Shown here: piece after piece, positions 31,801-40,478 of the stretch
How positions within the stretch are numbered: position 1 is the stretch's first letter
Layout: each line of letters begins with the position of its first letter
Assembly: GCA_021731405.1 (NCBI GenBank)
Contig: JAKFXN010000002.1
Coordinates: 3,151-67,150 of the forward strand
Direction: 5' to 3'
Origin: Candidatus Parcubacteria bacterium
Lineage (GTDB): Bacteria; Patescibacteriota; Minisyncoccia; Phycocordibacterales; UBA918
Length of the DNA stretch: 64,000 nt
The notes under the pieces: model-generated
What the model was told of the DNA's origin: nothing
What the model saw: only the letters and a program-made list of their open reading frames with translations
Database searches by the model: none
Program-made: the position numbers and the translations under genes

Positions 31801-32661
31801 AAGGGTAGTGCAAAGAAAACAACCGCCGGAGGAAACGTTACTTACCAAACAGGCAAGTACGGACAAGCCGCCTACTTTGACGGTAGTTCACATGTGAGTG
31901 TGGAGATGGGAACTCTCAAGCCTACGTATACTGCTTCGTTCTGGATGAAGCCCAATCGACCAGCTTCCAATCGAGAATTTTTCCCAGCGATCTATGGTGG
32001 TAATGAAACTGGCTGCGGTTCTGCTCCAAGTGTTTCATATGATGGCTTGAAGCAGATTGTGGTACATACAACAGGTTGTGACGGTAGCGCAGAGTCACTC
32101 ATTGGAGGTTTTGGTCCAACCACATGGCATCATGTGACAGTGGTCGTTACTGACTCTTCTCGCCGTGTGTATATAAATGGCAGTCTTGAAGATGAAAGAG
32201 AAAACCTAGCAAACTCAGAAACTTCAGCCTCAGCTTGTTTCTTTATTGGCGGGTACCAGACTGAACCATGTAAACCAACGGACGGAATTTACTTCAAAGG
32301 CCTCATCGACGACGTTCGTGTATACAAACGCGCCCTCTCTGCTAGTGAAATCCAAACCCTCGTAGCTAGTACTCCAACCAAGTCGACGGTTGCTACAATT
32401 CCTGCGACATCAAATGGTTTTGTCCGAGCAGTGAAGGTTAGTACCATTCCATTTGTGCAAAACCTCGCCGTTGCCAGTACTGGAGAAGCGGTCACACAGC
32501 TCCAAAAAGTGTTGACTGCACTTGGCTATTTCAAAGAAGAAGCCACGGGCTATTTTGGACCACTCACCGCAAGCGCTGTCTCAGCCTTCCAGCGTGACAA
32601 TGGTCTTGAGCCAGTTGGAATTGTTGGTTCTAAGACTAGAGCGGTGCTTAATTTACGGTAA
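28891..32661 (+). CDS. giant secreted multidomain surface protein, paralog 1 (1256 aa)
   Basis: Signal peptide MLKVFSKLSLALFLLVPSLGLAQV. A roughly 650-aa N-terminal domain of unknown function. PT-repeat linkers. An Ig-like module (TLTAIPTSITSGGSTVVSWSSTNATTCTG). An SH3b-like module (VNVRATANTAGTL...GYSWWNI...GWAVEDYL). A LamG/concanavalin-like lectin domain (YFLYLPFDGSIEEKGS...). A C-terminal PG_binding_1-like domain (GEAVTQLQKVLTALGYF...FQRDNGLEPVGIVG). A terminator follows. Confidence 0.85.
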   Translation: MLKVFSKLSLALFLLVPSLGLAQVTNLPSVPQPSSGQIVGLNLQNPTGSSLVSQPVRFGQAFLAGALSGTSGINATVNGVAAPAQIDVKTKHADGSVKFGVVTVMAPAVSANTVNPTLLSATTKSSSVISLSTMPNYSLVVDMTMSDGKKYSFNAATLLAEAISAGKVSYWRQGSVVTEGRIEVPVVSSMRLVFDISKYQDGTYSTDVHFNNDAAMTSSGNTLTYSATITQNGKVAYQVSNLKHHQYQTWHTVIYSGATPAINPQLDIPYLVKTKTIINFDTTHGVLTDEISSLTYKPLDATGITEYMPMAGARGDIGPITNVNADWLLTQDAKAAKSALAQADGAGSVPWHYYDPSSKDYISLDKYPDLWTDERGDPTLTQFSKSTDWQVDSAHQPNLSFIPYLLTGSRYHLDQINAQATHAIFIVWPAPRDGGTGLVINDNDQIRSQAWNFRQVAEAAWANPDGTATKAYWERLVDNNLQSLLNRIPQMTKAQGEPHGYIAGYAPWQDDYFLSSMAAVAGRGNAKAKKIIEWMSNFMVGRFVHLPNPEVGITAELTNWKSDDSGYITTWKGISDANPSSNSDGGTYGLLGLGSIANTYNITGSSTVLQVYNRIKALNFPTTSIDDRRTETQFSIVPVGTGAGVITPSPTPTPTPTPIPVVAPTATLTAIPTSITSGGSTVVSWSSTNATTCTGTNFTTGGATSGAVSVALVNNATFTLSCTGAGGTVTKSVTVSVAATPSTKFTLTDRVAASDTVNVRATANTAGTLRGTQVVGALGSVAGGPTSANGYSWWNINFDNGADGWAVEDYLVKSTVPVPTPAPTPTPTPTPVPVPTPTPVVAPTLTLTASKAAVVSRERVTLNWSAQNATSCASGNFLVSSTTGSKVVRPTKSTTYTMTCTGKSGSVTQSVGVTVGTTPTPTPTPTPTPVPTPTPTPTPVPAPVPTPTPSAGSMPTDYFLYLPFDGSIEEKGSAKKTTAGGNVTYQTGKYGQAAYFDGSSHVSVEMGTLKPTYTASFWMKPNRPASNREFFPAIYGGNETGCGSAPSVSYDGLKQIVVHTTGCDGSAESLIGGFGPTTWHHVTVVVTDSSRRVYINGSLEDERENLANSETSASACFFIGGYQTEPCKPTDGIYFKGLIDDVRVYKRALSASEIQTLVASTPTKSTVATIPATSNGFVRAVKVSTIPFVQNLAVASTGEAVTQLQKVLTALGYFKEEATGYFGPLTASAVSAFQRDNGLEPVGIVGSKTRAVLNLR

Positions 32662-32681
32662 CTTGAAGGGATAAAATATAG

Positions 32682-32714
32682 AAAAGCCTGCGTTTGCAGG
32701 CTTTTCTATTTTAA
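32682..32714 (+). terminator. rho-independent terminator
   Basis: AGCCTGC-gttt-GCAGGCT hairpin followed by a T-rich run. Confidence 0.65.
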
Positions 32715-32815
32715 GTATTAAACCACAGGATGAGGTTTACAAAAGGGGATACTGGGGTTTGTCTCTAGTATAATTACATACAGATTAAAGCAAATTTATT
32801 ATTTAACTACCCGTC

Positions 32816-35800
32816 ATGTTCAAATTATTTTCTAAGCTCAGTCTAGCCCTCTTTTTACTCGTACCAAGTCTTGGGCTAGCTCAGGTCACGTATCTACCAA
32901 CCATTCCTCAGGCGACCGGCAGTCAAATTGTTGGACTTAATCTGCAAAACCCGACGGGGAGCAGTCTCGTCTCGCAACCTGTGCGTTTTGGACAAACCTT
33001 TTTATCAGGCGCACTTTCTGGTACTTCTGGTATCAGTGCAACAGTGAATGGTGCAGGTGCCCCAGCGCAAATAGATGTTAAGACAAAACACAGTGATGGT
33101 TCAGTGAAGTTTGGTGTCGTGACAGTTATGGCACCAGCACTTTCTGCTAACAGTGCCAACCCAACTCTTCTCTCACCTGCAACAAAAAGTAGTTCTGTCA
33201 TTTCGCTCTCGACAATGCCTAACTACTCCCTCGTTGTTGACATGACTATGTCTGATGGAAAGAAGTATAGCTTCAACGCTGGCACACTTTTAGCTGAGGC
33301 ACTCTCCGCTGGCAAAGTTTCATACTGGAGACAGGGACCGGTTGTGACCGAAGGAAGAATTGAAGTACCAGTAGCATCTTCAATGCGACTGGTGTTTGAT
33401 ATTTCTAAGTATCAAGACGGTTCATACTCAACTGATGTGCACTTCAACAACGATGCAGCGATGACAGCTTCAGGAGATACTCTCACGTATTCAGCTACTA
33501 TTACTCAAAACGGAAAGGTAGCGTATCAGGTGAGCAACCTAGCACATCATCAGTATCAAACCTGGCACACGGTTGTCTATAGCGCAGTAACTCCAGCCAT
33601 CAATCCGCAACTTGATATTCCGTATTTATTGAAAACGAAAGCTGTGCTTAACTTTAATACCACTCACGGGGTCGCCACAAATGCAATATCAGCCGTTACC
33701 TATACTCCGCTCGGTGAAGCGGGAATTGAAACCTACATGCCAATGACAGGTGGTCGAGGTGATATTGGTCCAATCACAAACGTAAATGCTGATTGGCTCC
33801 TCACGCAAGATGTTAAGGCTGCAAAATCAGCTCTCGCACAAGCAGATGCTGCCGGCAGTATCCCTTGGCATTACTACGACCCAACAACAAGTGATTATAT
33901 TTCTCTAGATAAACACCCAAAGCTTTGGGCTGATAGTCGAGGGAATCCAAAACTTACTCAGTTTACAAAAGATTCTGTTTGGAGTATTGATACATCTCAC
34001 CAACCAAACCTTTCGTTCATCCCATACATCTTAACTGGAAACCGTTACCATCTAGATCAAATTAATGCTCAAGCAACCTTCTCAATATTTAATTCTTGGC
34101 CGTATTACCGAAAGGATGGACTCGGATTGATGCTTAATGGGGGCGACCAGACTAGAGGGCAGGCCTGGAGTTTCCGTCAAGTTATTGATGCTGTTTGGGC
34201 AAACCCTGATGACACCACAACAAAGTCTTACTGGAGAAAAGTTGAAGATAACAATCTCCAGTATCTTTTGGATGCACGTTCTGCACGTGAGACTGAGCAG
34301 GGTGAGGCGTATGGATATGCTGCAGGAGCAAACTACGAAACATACATAGCTCCATGGCAGCAAGAGTTTTACTTTAGTGCAGTTGCACTTTCGGCACAGC
34401 GAGGAAATGCCAAGGCAAAAGAAGTAGCAGCGTGGATGTCTAACTTTATTGTCGATCGCTTCAATAAATTGCGTGAACCTCTCTCATCAGTTAACTACCG
34501 ATTCAACCATCGTAATGCAGCCGGTGCGATTGTAAAAACATGGTCTGGACTTTCTGATCAAAATCCTGCTACTCCGGGTAAGGGTTATTATTCACCACTC
34601 GGCCTTGCTTCACTTGCCAATGCATACAATGTCTCAGGATTGCAAAAAGATCTCGACACCTATAATAAGATTAAAGCACTGAACCCTCCTTCAACCAGTA
34701 TTGACGATATGCGTGTGGAGACACAATTCAGTATCGTCCCAGTGGGTTCTGGTGCCGGGGTTATCACACCTGCTCCAACTCCAACACCAACACCAACACC
34801 AACACCAACACCAACACCAACACCTACTCCGACTCCAGTAGTAGCTCCAACCGCTACTCTGACCGCTATTCCAACTTCAATCACCAGTGGTGGCAGTACC
34901 GTAGTGACGTGGTCTTCAACGAACGCTACTACTTGTACTGGGACAAACTTCAGTACTGGTGGAGCTGCTAGTGGAGCAGTGTCTGTAGCGCTTGTAAATA
35001 ATGCCACCTTCACGCTGTCATGTACTGGTGCTGGTGGTTCTGTGACTAAGACTGCAGCAACTACTGTTTCAACGGTTACCTCAACAAAGTTTAAGTCTGG
35101 TGATCGAGTTTCAACAACTGAAAATCTTAACGTACGAACAACTGCTAACACAACAGGAACTTTACTCGGCACACAGTCATTAAGTGCGCTTGGGTTTGTT
35201 GCTGGCGGACCAACAAATGCGAGCGGTTTTAACTGGTGGAACATTAACTTCGATAGTGGTGTTGATGGCTGGGCAGTGGAAGACTATCTTATGAAGTCAA
35301 CGATAGCTGTTCCAACACCTACGCCAACTCCAACACCTACGCCAACTCCAACCCCAGGAACAAAAAGTGTCTGTGTTGATACAATTTGTACATACACAAC
35401 TATCGCCAGTGCATTTGCAGCCGCAAAGAATGGTTCGACTATCACTATTTCAGGTGAATGGACTGCTGGCGGGGCTTTGACAGCAAGTAACGTAACCATC
35501 AAAGGTGATGGTACTGCACACCTCAAGGGTGGTGCTGTACAAGGAAAAGCGATTATTGTGACAAGTGGACAGAGCACCACAATTGAAAATATCGAGTGTT
35601 CAAACGCAACAGTACCAGACGAAAACGGCGCTTGTGTGCGACATCAAGGAAGTGGTCTGACTCTCCGTAATGTAAACTTCCACGATAATCAAAACGGTCT
35701 TCTCGCTAGCCCAGACAGCGGCTCAATCCTAATTGAAGGAAGTACCTTTGAGCGAAATGGATTTAATGGTGGTGGAGGATATGCACACGGAATTTATGTT

Positions 35801-37618
35801 AATGGTGGAAATACTGAACTCACTATTCGAAATTCGAAGTTCTTACGTAGTAAGCTTGGCGGGCACGAGATCAAGAGCCGAGCAGCTAAGACCACAATCG
35901 AAAATACGGTCATTGCTACCATTGACGGAGTTGATAGTCGTAATATCGACATTCCAAATGGGGGACAGGTGATCATTAAAAACAGCGTCATTGAACAAGG
36001 ACCAAGCAGTGAAAATTCAAACTCAATTGGTATTGGGCATGAAGGACTTACACATGCGGTTAATTCAGTTTTACTTGAAAATAACTATATTATTCTCGAA
36101 CGAAGTGGCACAAATGTGATGCTTCAGACACCAGGTATGCCTACTCCAGTAGTGAAGGGTAACACCATTATTGGCGGTACAAATCCTGGCGGTACCAATA
36201 CGTGGTATCAAAGTCGTTCAGCTGCTGGTATTGCTGCCTACCCATACTTGCCAAGTGCAGGTAGTGTACCTATGCCGACTTCCACCCCGACTCCCGTACC
36301 CGAGCCTACCCCAACCCCAACACCTACTCCAACACCTACTCCAACTCCAGTAGTGGCCCCAACTCTCACCCTCACTGCCAGCAAAGCCGCCGTAGCAGCT
36401 CGAGAACGGGTAACTCTTAATTGGTCAGCGCAAAACGCTACCAGCTGTACTTCAGGCAATTTCCTTGTTTCAAGTACCACAGGTTCAAAGGTGGTTCGTC
36501 CAACAAAAAGTACAACGTACACCATGACCTGTACTGGAAAGGGTGGTTCAGTGACACAGAGTGTTGCGGTCACTGTTGGCTCTACGCCAGCACCTACCCC
36601 TGTGCCCGAACCTACCCCAACTCCAGTACCAGAACCAACTCCAACCCCGACACCTACACCTACACCTACACCTACACCTACACCTACCCCAACCCCAGTT
36701 CCTTCAGCTGGTACTATGCCAACCGACTACTTCCTCTACTTGCCATTTGACGGTTCAATTGAAGATAAGGGCTCTGCAAAGAAAACAACTGCCGGTGGAA
36801 GTATTAGTTACCAAACAGGCAAGTACGGACAAGCGGCGTACTTTGATGGCAGTTCACACGTGAGTGTGGAGATGGGAACACTGAAGCCTTCGTACACTGC
36901 TTCGTTTTGGATGAGGCCAGACCAGATTGGTAGTGGAGCATATGGCTCAGCTGTGCATGGCGGTAGATCTGGAGCTTGTGTTGCAACTCCAAACGTAACG
37001 TACACTGGAGCGAACCAGATAGCGGTACATACAACAGGTTGTGATGAATCGACCACTCTCCTTGATGGCTATGCACCAAATACATGGGTGCATGTGGCGG
37101 TGGTTGTTGGTTCTTCAGACCGCAAAATATACATCAATGGAAATCTCGTTGATGACAGACAAAATCTAAGTAACCGCGGCACAGTTAGTTGGGCATGCTT
37201 CTTCATTGGAGCTCTTCAGGTGGGTGAGTGTAAGGCACCTGACAGTCACTTCAAAGGCCTCATCGACGACGTCCGTGTATACAAACGAGTTCTCTCTGCT
37301 AGTGAAATACAAACCCTAGTAGCCAGTGCTCCAACCAAGTCAACGGTCGCTACTATCCCTGCGACAGCAAACAGTTTTGTCCGCGCCGTGAAGATAAACA
37401 CCATCCCGTTTGTCCAAGACCTGGCCGTTATGAGTACCGGAGAAGCGGTCATACAGCTCCAAAAGGTGCTGACCGCACTTGGCTACTTCAAAGAAGAAGC
37501 CACCGGCTACTTTGGACCACTCACTGCCAGTGCTGTCTCAGCCTTCCAGCGTGACAACGGTCTTGAACCAGTTGGAAATGTTGGCCCGAAGACGAGAAGT
37601 GTCCTTAATCTACGGTAA
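32816..37618 (+). CDS. giant secreted multidomain surface protein, paralog 2 (1600 aa), with additional right-handed beta-helix module
   Basis: Nucleotide sequence is near-identical to paralog 1 over the signal peptide and N-terminal domain. Same PT linkers, Ig-like, SH3b, LamG and PG-binding modules. Adds a segment of about 300 aa (TISGEWTAGG...NVNFHDNQNGL...GGGGYAHGIYVNGGNTELTIRNSKF) with pectate-lyase-like beta-helix repeats. Confidence 0.85.
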   Translation: MFKLFSKLSLALFLLVPSLGLAQVTYLPTIPQATGSQIVGLNLQNPTGSSLVSQPVRFGQTFLSGALSGTSGISATVNGAGAPAQIDVKTKHSDGSVKFGVVTVMAPALSANSANPTLLSPATKSSSVISLSTMPNYSLVVDMTMSDGKKYSFNAGTLLAEALSAGKVSYWRQGPVVTEGRIEVPVASSMRLVFDISKYQDGSYSTDVHFNNDAAMTASGDTLTYSATITQNGKVAYQVSNLAHHQYQTWHTVVYSAVTPAINPQLDIPYLLKTKAVLNFNTTHGVATNAISAVTYTPLGEAGIETYMPMTGGRGDIGPITNVNADWLLTQDVKAAKSALAQADAAGSIPWHYYDPTTSDYISLDKHPKLWADSRGNPKLTQFTKDSVWSIDTSHQPNLSFIPYILTGNRYHLDQINAQATFSIFNSWPYYRKDGLGLMLNGGDQTRGQAWSFRQVIDAVWANPDDTTTKSYWRKVEDNNLQYLLDARSARETEQGEAYGYAAGANYETYIAPWQQEFYFSAVALSAQRGNAKAKEVAAWMSNFIVDRFNKLREPLSSVNYRFNHRNAAGAIVKTWSGLSDQNPATPGKGYYSPLGLASLANAYNVSGLQKDLDTYNKIKALNPPSTSIDDMRVETQFSIVPVGSGAGVITPAPTPTPTPTPTPTPTPTPTPTPVVAPTATLTAIPTSITSGGSTVVTWSSTNATTCTGTNFSTGGAASGAVSVALVNNATFTLSCTGAGGSVTKTAATTVSTVTSTKFKSGDRVSTTENLNVRTTANTTGTLLGTQSLSALGFVAGGPTNASGFNWWNINFDSGVDGWAVEDYLMKSTIAVPTPTPTPTPTPTPTPGTKSVCVDTICTYTTIASAFAAAKNGSTITISGEWTAGGALTASNVTIKGDGTAHLKGGAVQGKAIIVTSGQSTTIENIECSNATVPDENGACVRHQGSGLTLRNVNFHDNQNGLLASPDSGSILIEGSTFERNGFNGGGGYAHGIYVNGGNTELTIRNSKFLRSKLGGHEIKSRAAKTTIENTVIATIDGVDSRNIDIPNGGQVIIKNSVIEQGPSSENSNSIGIGHEGLTHAVNSVLLENNYIILERSGTNVMLQTPGMPTPVVKGNTIIGGTNPGGTNTWYQSRSAAGIAAYPYLPSAGSVPMPTSTPTPVPEPTPTPTPTPTPTPTPVVAPTLTLTASKAAVAARERVTLNWSAQNATSCTSGNFLVSSTTGSKVVRPTKSTTYTMTCTGKGGSVTQSVAVTVGSTPAPTPVPEPTPTPVPEPTPTPTPTPTPTPTPTPTPTPVPSAGTMPTDYFLYLPFDGSIEDKGSAKKTTAGGSISYQTGKYGQAAYFDGSSHVSVEMGTLKPSYTASFWMRPDQIGSGAYGSAVHGGRSGACVATPNVTYTGANQIAVHTTGCDESTTLLDGYAPNTWVHVAVVVGSSDRKIYINGNLVDDRQNLSNRGTVSWACFFIGALQVGECKAPDSHFKGLIDDVRVYKRVLSASEIQTLVASAPTKSTVATIPATANSFVRAVKINTIPFVQDLAVMSTGEAVIQLQKVLTALGYFKEEATGYFGPLTASAVSAFQRDNGLEPVGNVGPKTRSVLNLR
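34781..34825 (+). repeat. perfect hexanucleotide tandem repeat (CCAACA)x7 encoding a PT linker
   Basis: Read directly from the sequence. Lies in frame within paralog 2. Confidence 0.9.
36649..36688 (+). repeat. perfect hexanucleotide tandem repeat (CACCTA)x6 encoding a PT linker
   Basis: Read directly from the sequence. Lies in frame within paralog 2. Confidence 0.9.
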
Positions 37619-37627
37619 CCTAACCCA

Positions 37628-37660
37628 AAAAACAGCCTGCGTACGCAGGCTGTTTTTTAT
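37628..37660 (+). terminator. rho-independent terminator
   Basis: CAGCCTGCG-ta-CGCAGGCTG palindrome followed by TTTTTT. Confidence 0.7.
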
Positions 37661-37687
37661 TGTTTTTCGTGTATAGTACGGGACTAT

Positions 37688-37924
37688 ATGGCACACCCGT
37701 TTGAAAAGATGTTAGACGTGGCAATTAAAAAAAGTACCCCATTTGAAAATGAGGTGCTTAAGGTAGCTGAGAATCTTAAGGAAAAAGGGTATAGTCCCGA
37801 AGAGATTTTTACCGTCCTTACCAAGCTCCATAAATCACTTATAGACAAAGACGAAGCAGAGATAGTAGGAGAGGCAGTAGAGGAGTTTAGTCGGTATGTT
37901 GAAGATAAGGATGAGGACGATTAA
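37688..37924 (+). CDS. small acidic hypothetical protein
   Basis: 78-aa ORF ending in an acidic tail, followed by a bidirectional terminator. Confidence 0.4.
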   Translation: MAHPFEKMLDVAIKKSTPFENEVLKVAENLKEKGYSPEEIFTVLTKLHKSLIDKDEAEIVGEAVEEFSRYVEDKDEDD

Positions 37925-37927
37925 AAG

Positions 37928-37968
37928 AAAAGAGCCCCTCACTGAAAGTGAGGGGCTCTTGTTTTTTG
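37928..37968. terminator. bidirectional terminator
   Basis: AGAGCCCCTCACT-gaa-AGTGAGGGGCTCT hairpin with T-runs on both strands. Sits between convergent genes. Confidence 0.7.
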
Positions 37969-37975
37969 GTTGGCG

Positions 37976-38749
37976 CTAGTTGTAGCCGCCGTCCGCTTTG
38001 AGATTCACGCCGTGGATGGCAGAGCTAGCTCGGCTGGTCAGCCAGACGATTACTCTTGCCACTTCACGAACATCGAGGTCTCGCTTGCGCCAGATGCGTT
38101 GTACCTCAGCTTCGTAGCCTGGCACGTCATCGTTCATTGGTGAGTTCACCCAACCTGGGGCTACTCCATTGATGCGGAGGCCTCGCTCAGCGTATTCCTT
38201 GTCCAGACATTCGATAGTTGGTATGAGTGCCGCCTTGCTTTGGTCGTACGGCACCGAGAATGGGGCCCAGGAACCGAGGCTGAGACCGTTGGTCGAAGTA
38301 ATGAGGACGCTTGCCAGCTCAACACCTTTCTTGGCTGCGCGAGCCATAACGTCCCGTGTATTGAGAGTAACAGCTACAACGTTTACTTTGTATACATTGT
38401 AGAAGTCCTCTGGAGTCAGGCTTTCAAGCGGTGGATTTGGGGAAATACCCGAGGCATTCACATACGCATTTATTTCATAGCCTGTGGCCACTACCGCTGC
38501 TTCGAGGAAGTCACAAAAAGCAACTGAGTCCAAGAGGTCGACTTTGGCCGCATAGAACTTGATTCCTTTCGCTTCGACCAACTTCTGCAGTTCCAAAGCC
38601 TTGGCTTCGTTACTCCAGTAGGTGATGCTGATGGCTTTGATGCCATCTTGTCCGGCATACTCTAGCACGGTCGCTGCACCAATTGCACCGGTACCCCCGA
38701 CGACCAAAGCGTGGCCATCAATGAAGTTTTGAAATTTTGCTGTATCCAT
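37976..38749 (-). CDS. short-chain dehydrogenase/reductase (SDR) family oxidoreductase
   Basis: N-terminal VVGGTGAIGAA Rossmann motif and catalytic YDQSKAAL (YxxxK). Confidence 0.85.
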   Translation of the reverse strand: MDTAKFQNFIDGHALVVGGTGAIGAATVLEYAGQDGIKAISITYWSNEAKALELQKLVEAKGIKFYAAKVDLLDSVAFCDFLEAAVVATGYEINAYVNASGISPNPPLESLTPEDFYNVYKVNVVAVTLNTRDVMARAAKKGVELASVLITSTNGLSLGSWAPFSVPYDQSKAALIPTIECLDKEYAERGLRINGVAPGWVNSPMNDDVPGYEAEVQRIWRKRDLDVREVARVIVWLTSRASSAIHGVNLKADGGYN

Positions 38750-38809
38750 GTTGTGTCTCCAGTTTTAAGGATTAATCTCTAAGTATACAACAAATGAGCA
38801 TTTGTGAAC

Positions 38810-39007
38810 TTAGTCGATTTTGTTGAAGGCAATCAGGTTTACGCTACGAAAGCGCGATTTCATTATGTACTTGTCTCTCAGTTTTCGTTTGAGCTCCAAG
38901 TAAGCTTCGCGGCCTGACTTTTCGGTTTCGTGCACGCCATCTTCACTTTCTTGCCACCGTCCCTCGTTGGAGAAATTGAAAACAGCTGAGTAGAAATATT
39001 CGTTCAT
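38810..39007 (-). CDS. small hypothetical protein
   Basis: 65-aa ORF with no motif. Retained only because the gap is otherwise empty. Confidence 0.2.
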   Translation of the reverse strand: MNEYFYSAVFNFSNEGRWQESEDGVHETEKSGREAYLELKRKLRDKYIMKSRFRSVNLIAFNKID

Positions 39008-39172
39008 GGTCTGCTCCTTTTGATGTTAAAGAACGGCTAAGCCGAAGCTTAGATACTTTGAAATAAAACACTAGAAAGGGAACGTAGTCAATGGCGTATC
39101 AAGCGGGGCAGTAGACAGGGTATTATTTTGTGGCATAATCAATCCAGTTTTGTTTTTCTACAGGAGATTATT

Positions 39173-39625
39173 ATGACCAATGATCAAGCTCTCGGCCTTA
39201 TCGTTCTCGGCTTAATTCTGTTGATACTGTTCAACTGGAAAAAGTTTGTGCAGCTGGTGGTTAGCCTTGCCGTCCTTTTCATCCGTGTTATGACGGTCGT
39301 TGGTGGAATTGTCATGTTTTTCGGTATAAAGAGTGTGGGAGAAGGTATTGGAATATTGATTCTGATGGTTGTCGTTTTCTGGTTCGCAGATTGGTTAGAC
39401 AACTCATTCGGACTTGAAGACAAAGCATCTACCTATACTCCTCCGGCCAAAGGAAGTAGTTTTCCGGGATCGTACGATGAACCCAAAAAACTGTGTCCAT
39501 ATTGCAGCGGCAGTAAACGAATTGGGTGTGATCTGAGCCATGTTCAAAGAACTCCAGATAATCCATTCCCAAACTGTTGGAAGTGCAACAACACAGGGTT
39601 GATGAGATGTCCGTACTGCCCGTAA
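39173..39625 (+). CDS. membrane protein with C-terminal DnaJ-CR-like CxxC zinc-ribbon repeats
   Basis: AGGAG Shine-Dalgarno 8 nt upstream of the ATG at 39173. Three TM helices. C-terminal CPYCSGSKRIGC...CWKCNNTGLMRCPYCP. Confidence 0.5.
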   Translation: MTNDQALGLIVLGLILLILFNWKKFVQLVVSLAVLFIRVMTVVGGIVMFFGIKSVGEGIGILILMVVVFWFADWLDNSFGLEDKASTYTPPAKGSSFPGSYDEPKKLCPYCSGSKRIGCDLSHVQRTPDNPFPNCWKCNNTGLMRCPYCP

Positions 39626-39639
39626 AGTTATTACAAAGA

Positions 39640-39670
39640 AACCCCCACTGCACAACAGCGGGGGTTTTAG
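39640..39670 (+). terminator. rho-independent terminator
   Basis: CCCCCACTG...CAGCGGGGG hairpin followed by TTTT. Confidence 0.5.
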
Positions 39671-39712
39671 TAATTTGAAATTTTATTCGGAGACAATTTT
39701 TGAAATTTCAGA

Positions 39713-40315
39713 TTATCTGTTTTCTCCTTCAAAGTCTTGGGCTACTTCACCAAATTGCATTGAGTCAGGGTCGAGCTTTAGCCAGATAGTTGTATCAGTG
39801 GTCGGCTCAGCTGTAAATGGTTCGTCTGATGCATGAGTGGCAAAATCCACAACCGCTACATTCTGACGATGGGTTCCGTTATTCGTCATCCCTTCGTCTA
39901 TGGAAATTGATTTGGGTTCTATACGGTCACCTAGCAAAAAGGCTTGAGAGCCTACATAGCCCGTTGGGGTCTGTAGAGCGGCAACAAGGTAGAAGAAAGT
40001 GCCGCTCCCGCCAGTTTCTTGGGTGAGAAGGAACAGAACATCTTCTTGTTCGTCATCATTTAGATCATGCTTTAGCTCATTGCCGTAATAGCGGGTGACA
40101 ATTTCAACTGATGAACTAGGGGCGGACGTAGTTTCAGACAAACCGTCGGTCAATGTAACTGTCTGACCTTCAATTATGTATGAGCTATTTTTATGGTCTG
40201 CCACTGTACCTTTGTTATTGCTTTGAGTTTCTCTCTCAATATCAAGGTTCAGGGAGATGAGGAAGGCTGCAATTACCAACACTATGGTACTAGCGACAAG
40301 ATATTTTTTATTCAT
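39713..40315 (-). CDS. secreted or membrane-anchored hypothetical protein
   Basis: N-terminal signal/anchor MNKKYLVASTIVLVIAAFLISL. 200 aa, acidic. Confidence 0.5.
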   Translation of the reverse strand: MNKKYLVASTIVLVIAAFLISLNLDIERETQSNNKGTVADHKNSSYIIEGQTVTLTDGLSETTSAPSSSVEIVTRYYGNELKHDLNDDEQEDVLFLLTQETGGSGTFFYLVAALQTPTGYVGSQAFLLGDRIEPKSISIDEGMTNNGTHRQNVAVVDFATHASDEPFTAEPTTDTTIWLKLDPDSMQFGEVAQDFEGENR

Positions 40316-40478
40316 ACGTATACAGTATCAGAATTGGCTAAAGTTTTGAATTAGTTTTTACTAGTCTTTTGTTATTTGAGTGCGCAAATACTGAAGTAGG
40401 AATTGGGACAAAAAAAAGAACCGCCGTACCGTTGGGAAGGAAGGTACAGTTGTCCTTTCTTCCGCTTGGTGTGGCGGT

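Noticed and set aside
34660-36863. Antisense or frame-shifted ORFs inside giant gene 2 (34660..35244, 35284..35580, 36238..36573, 36421..36750, 36561..36863)
   Set aside because: Same repeat-shadow artefact as in giant gene 1. No independent start or terminator signals.
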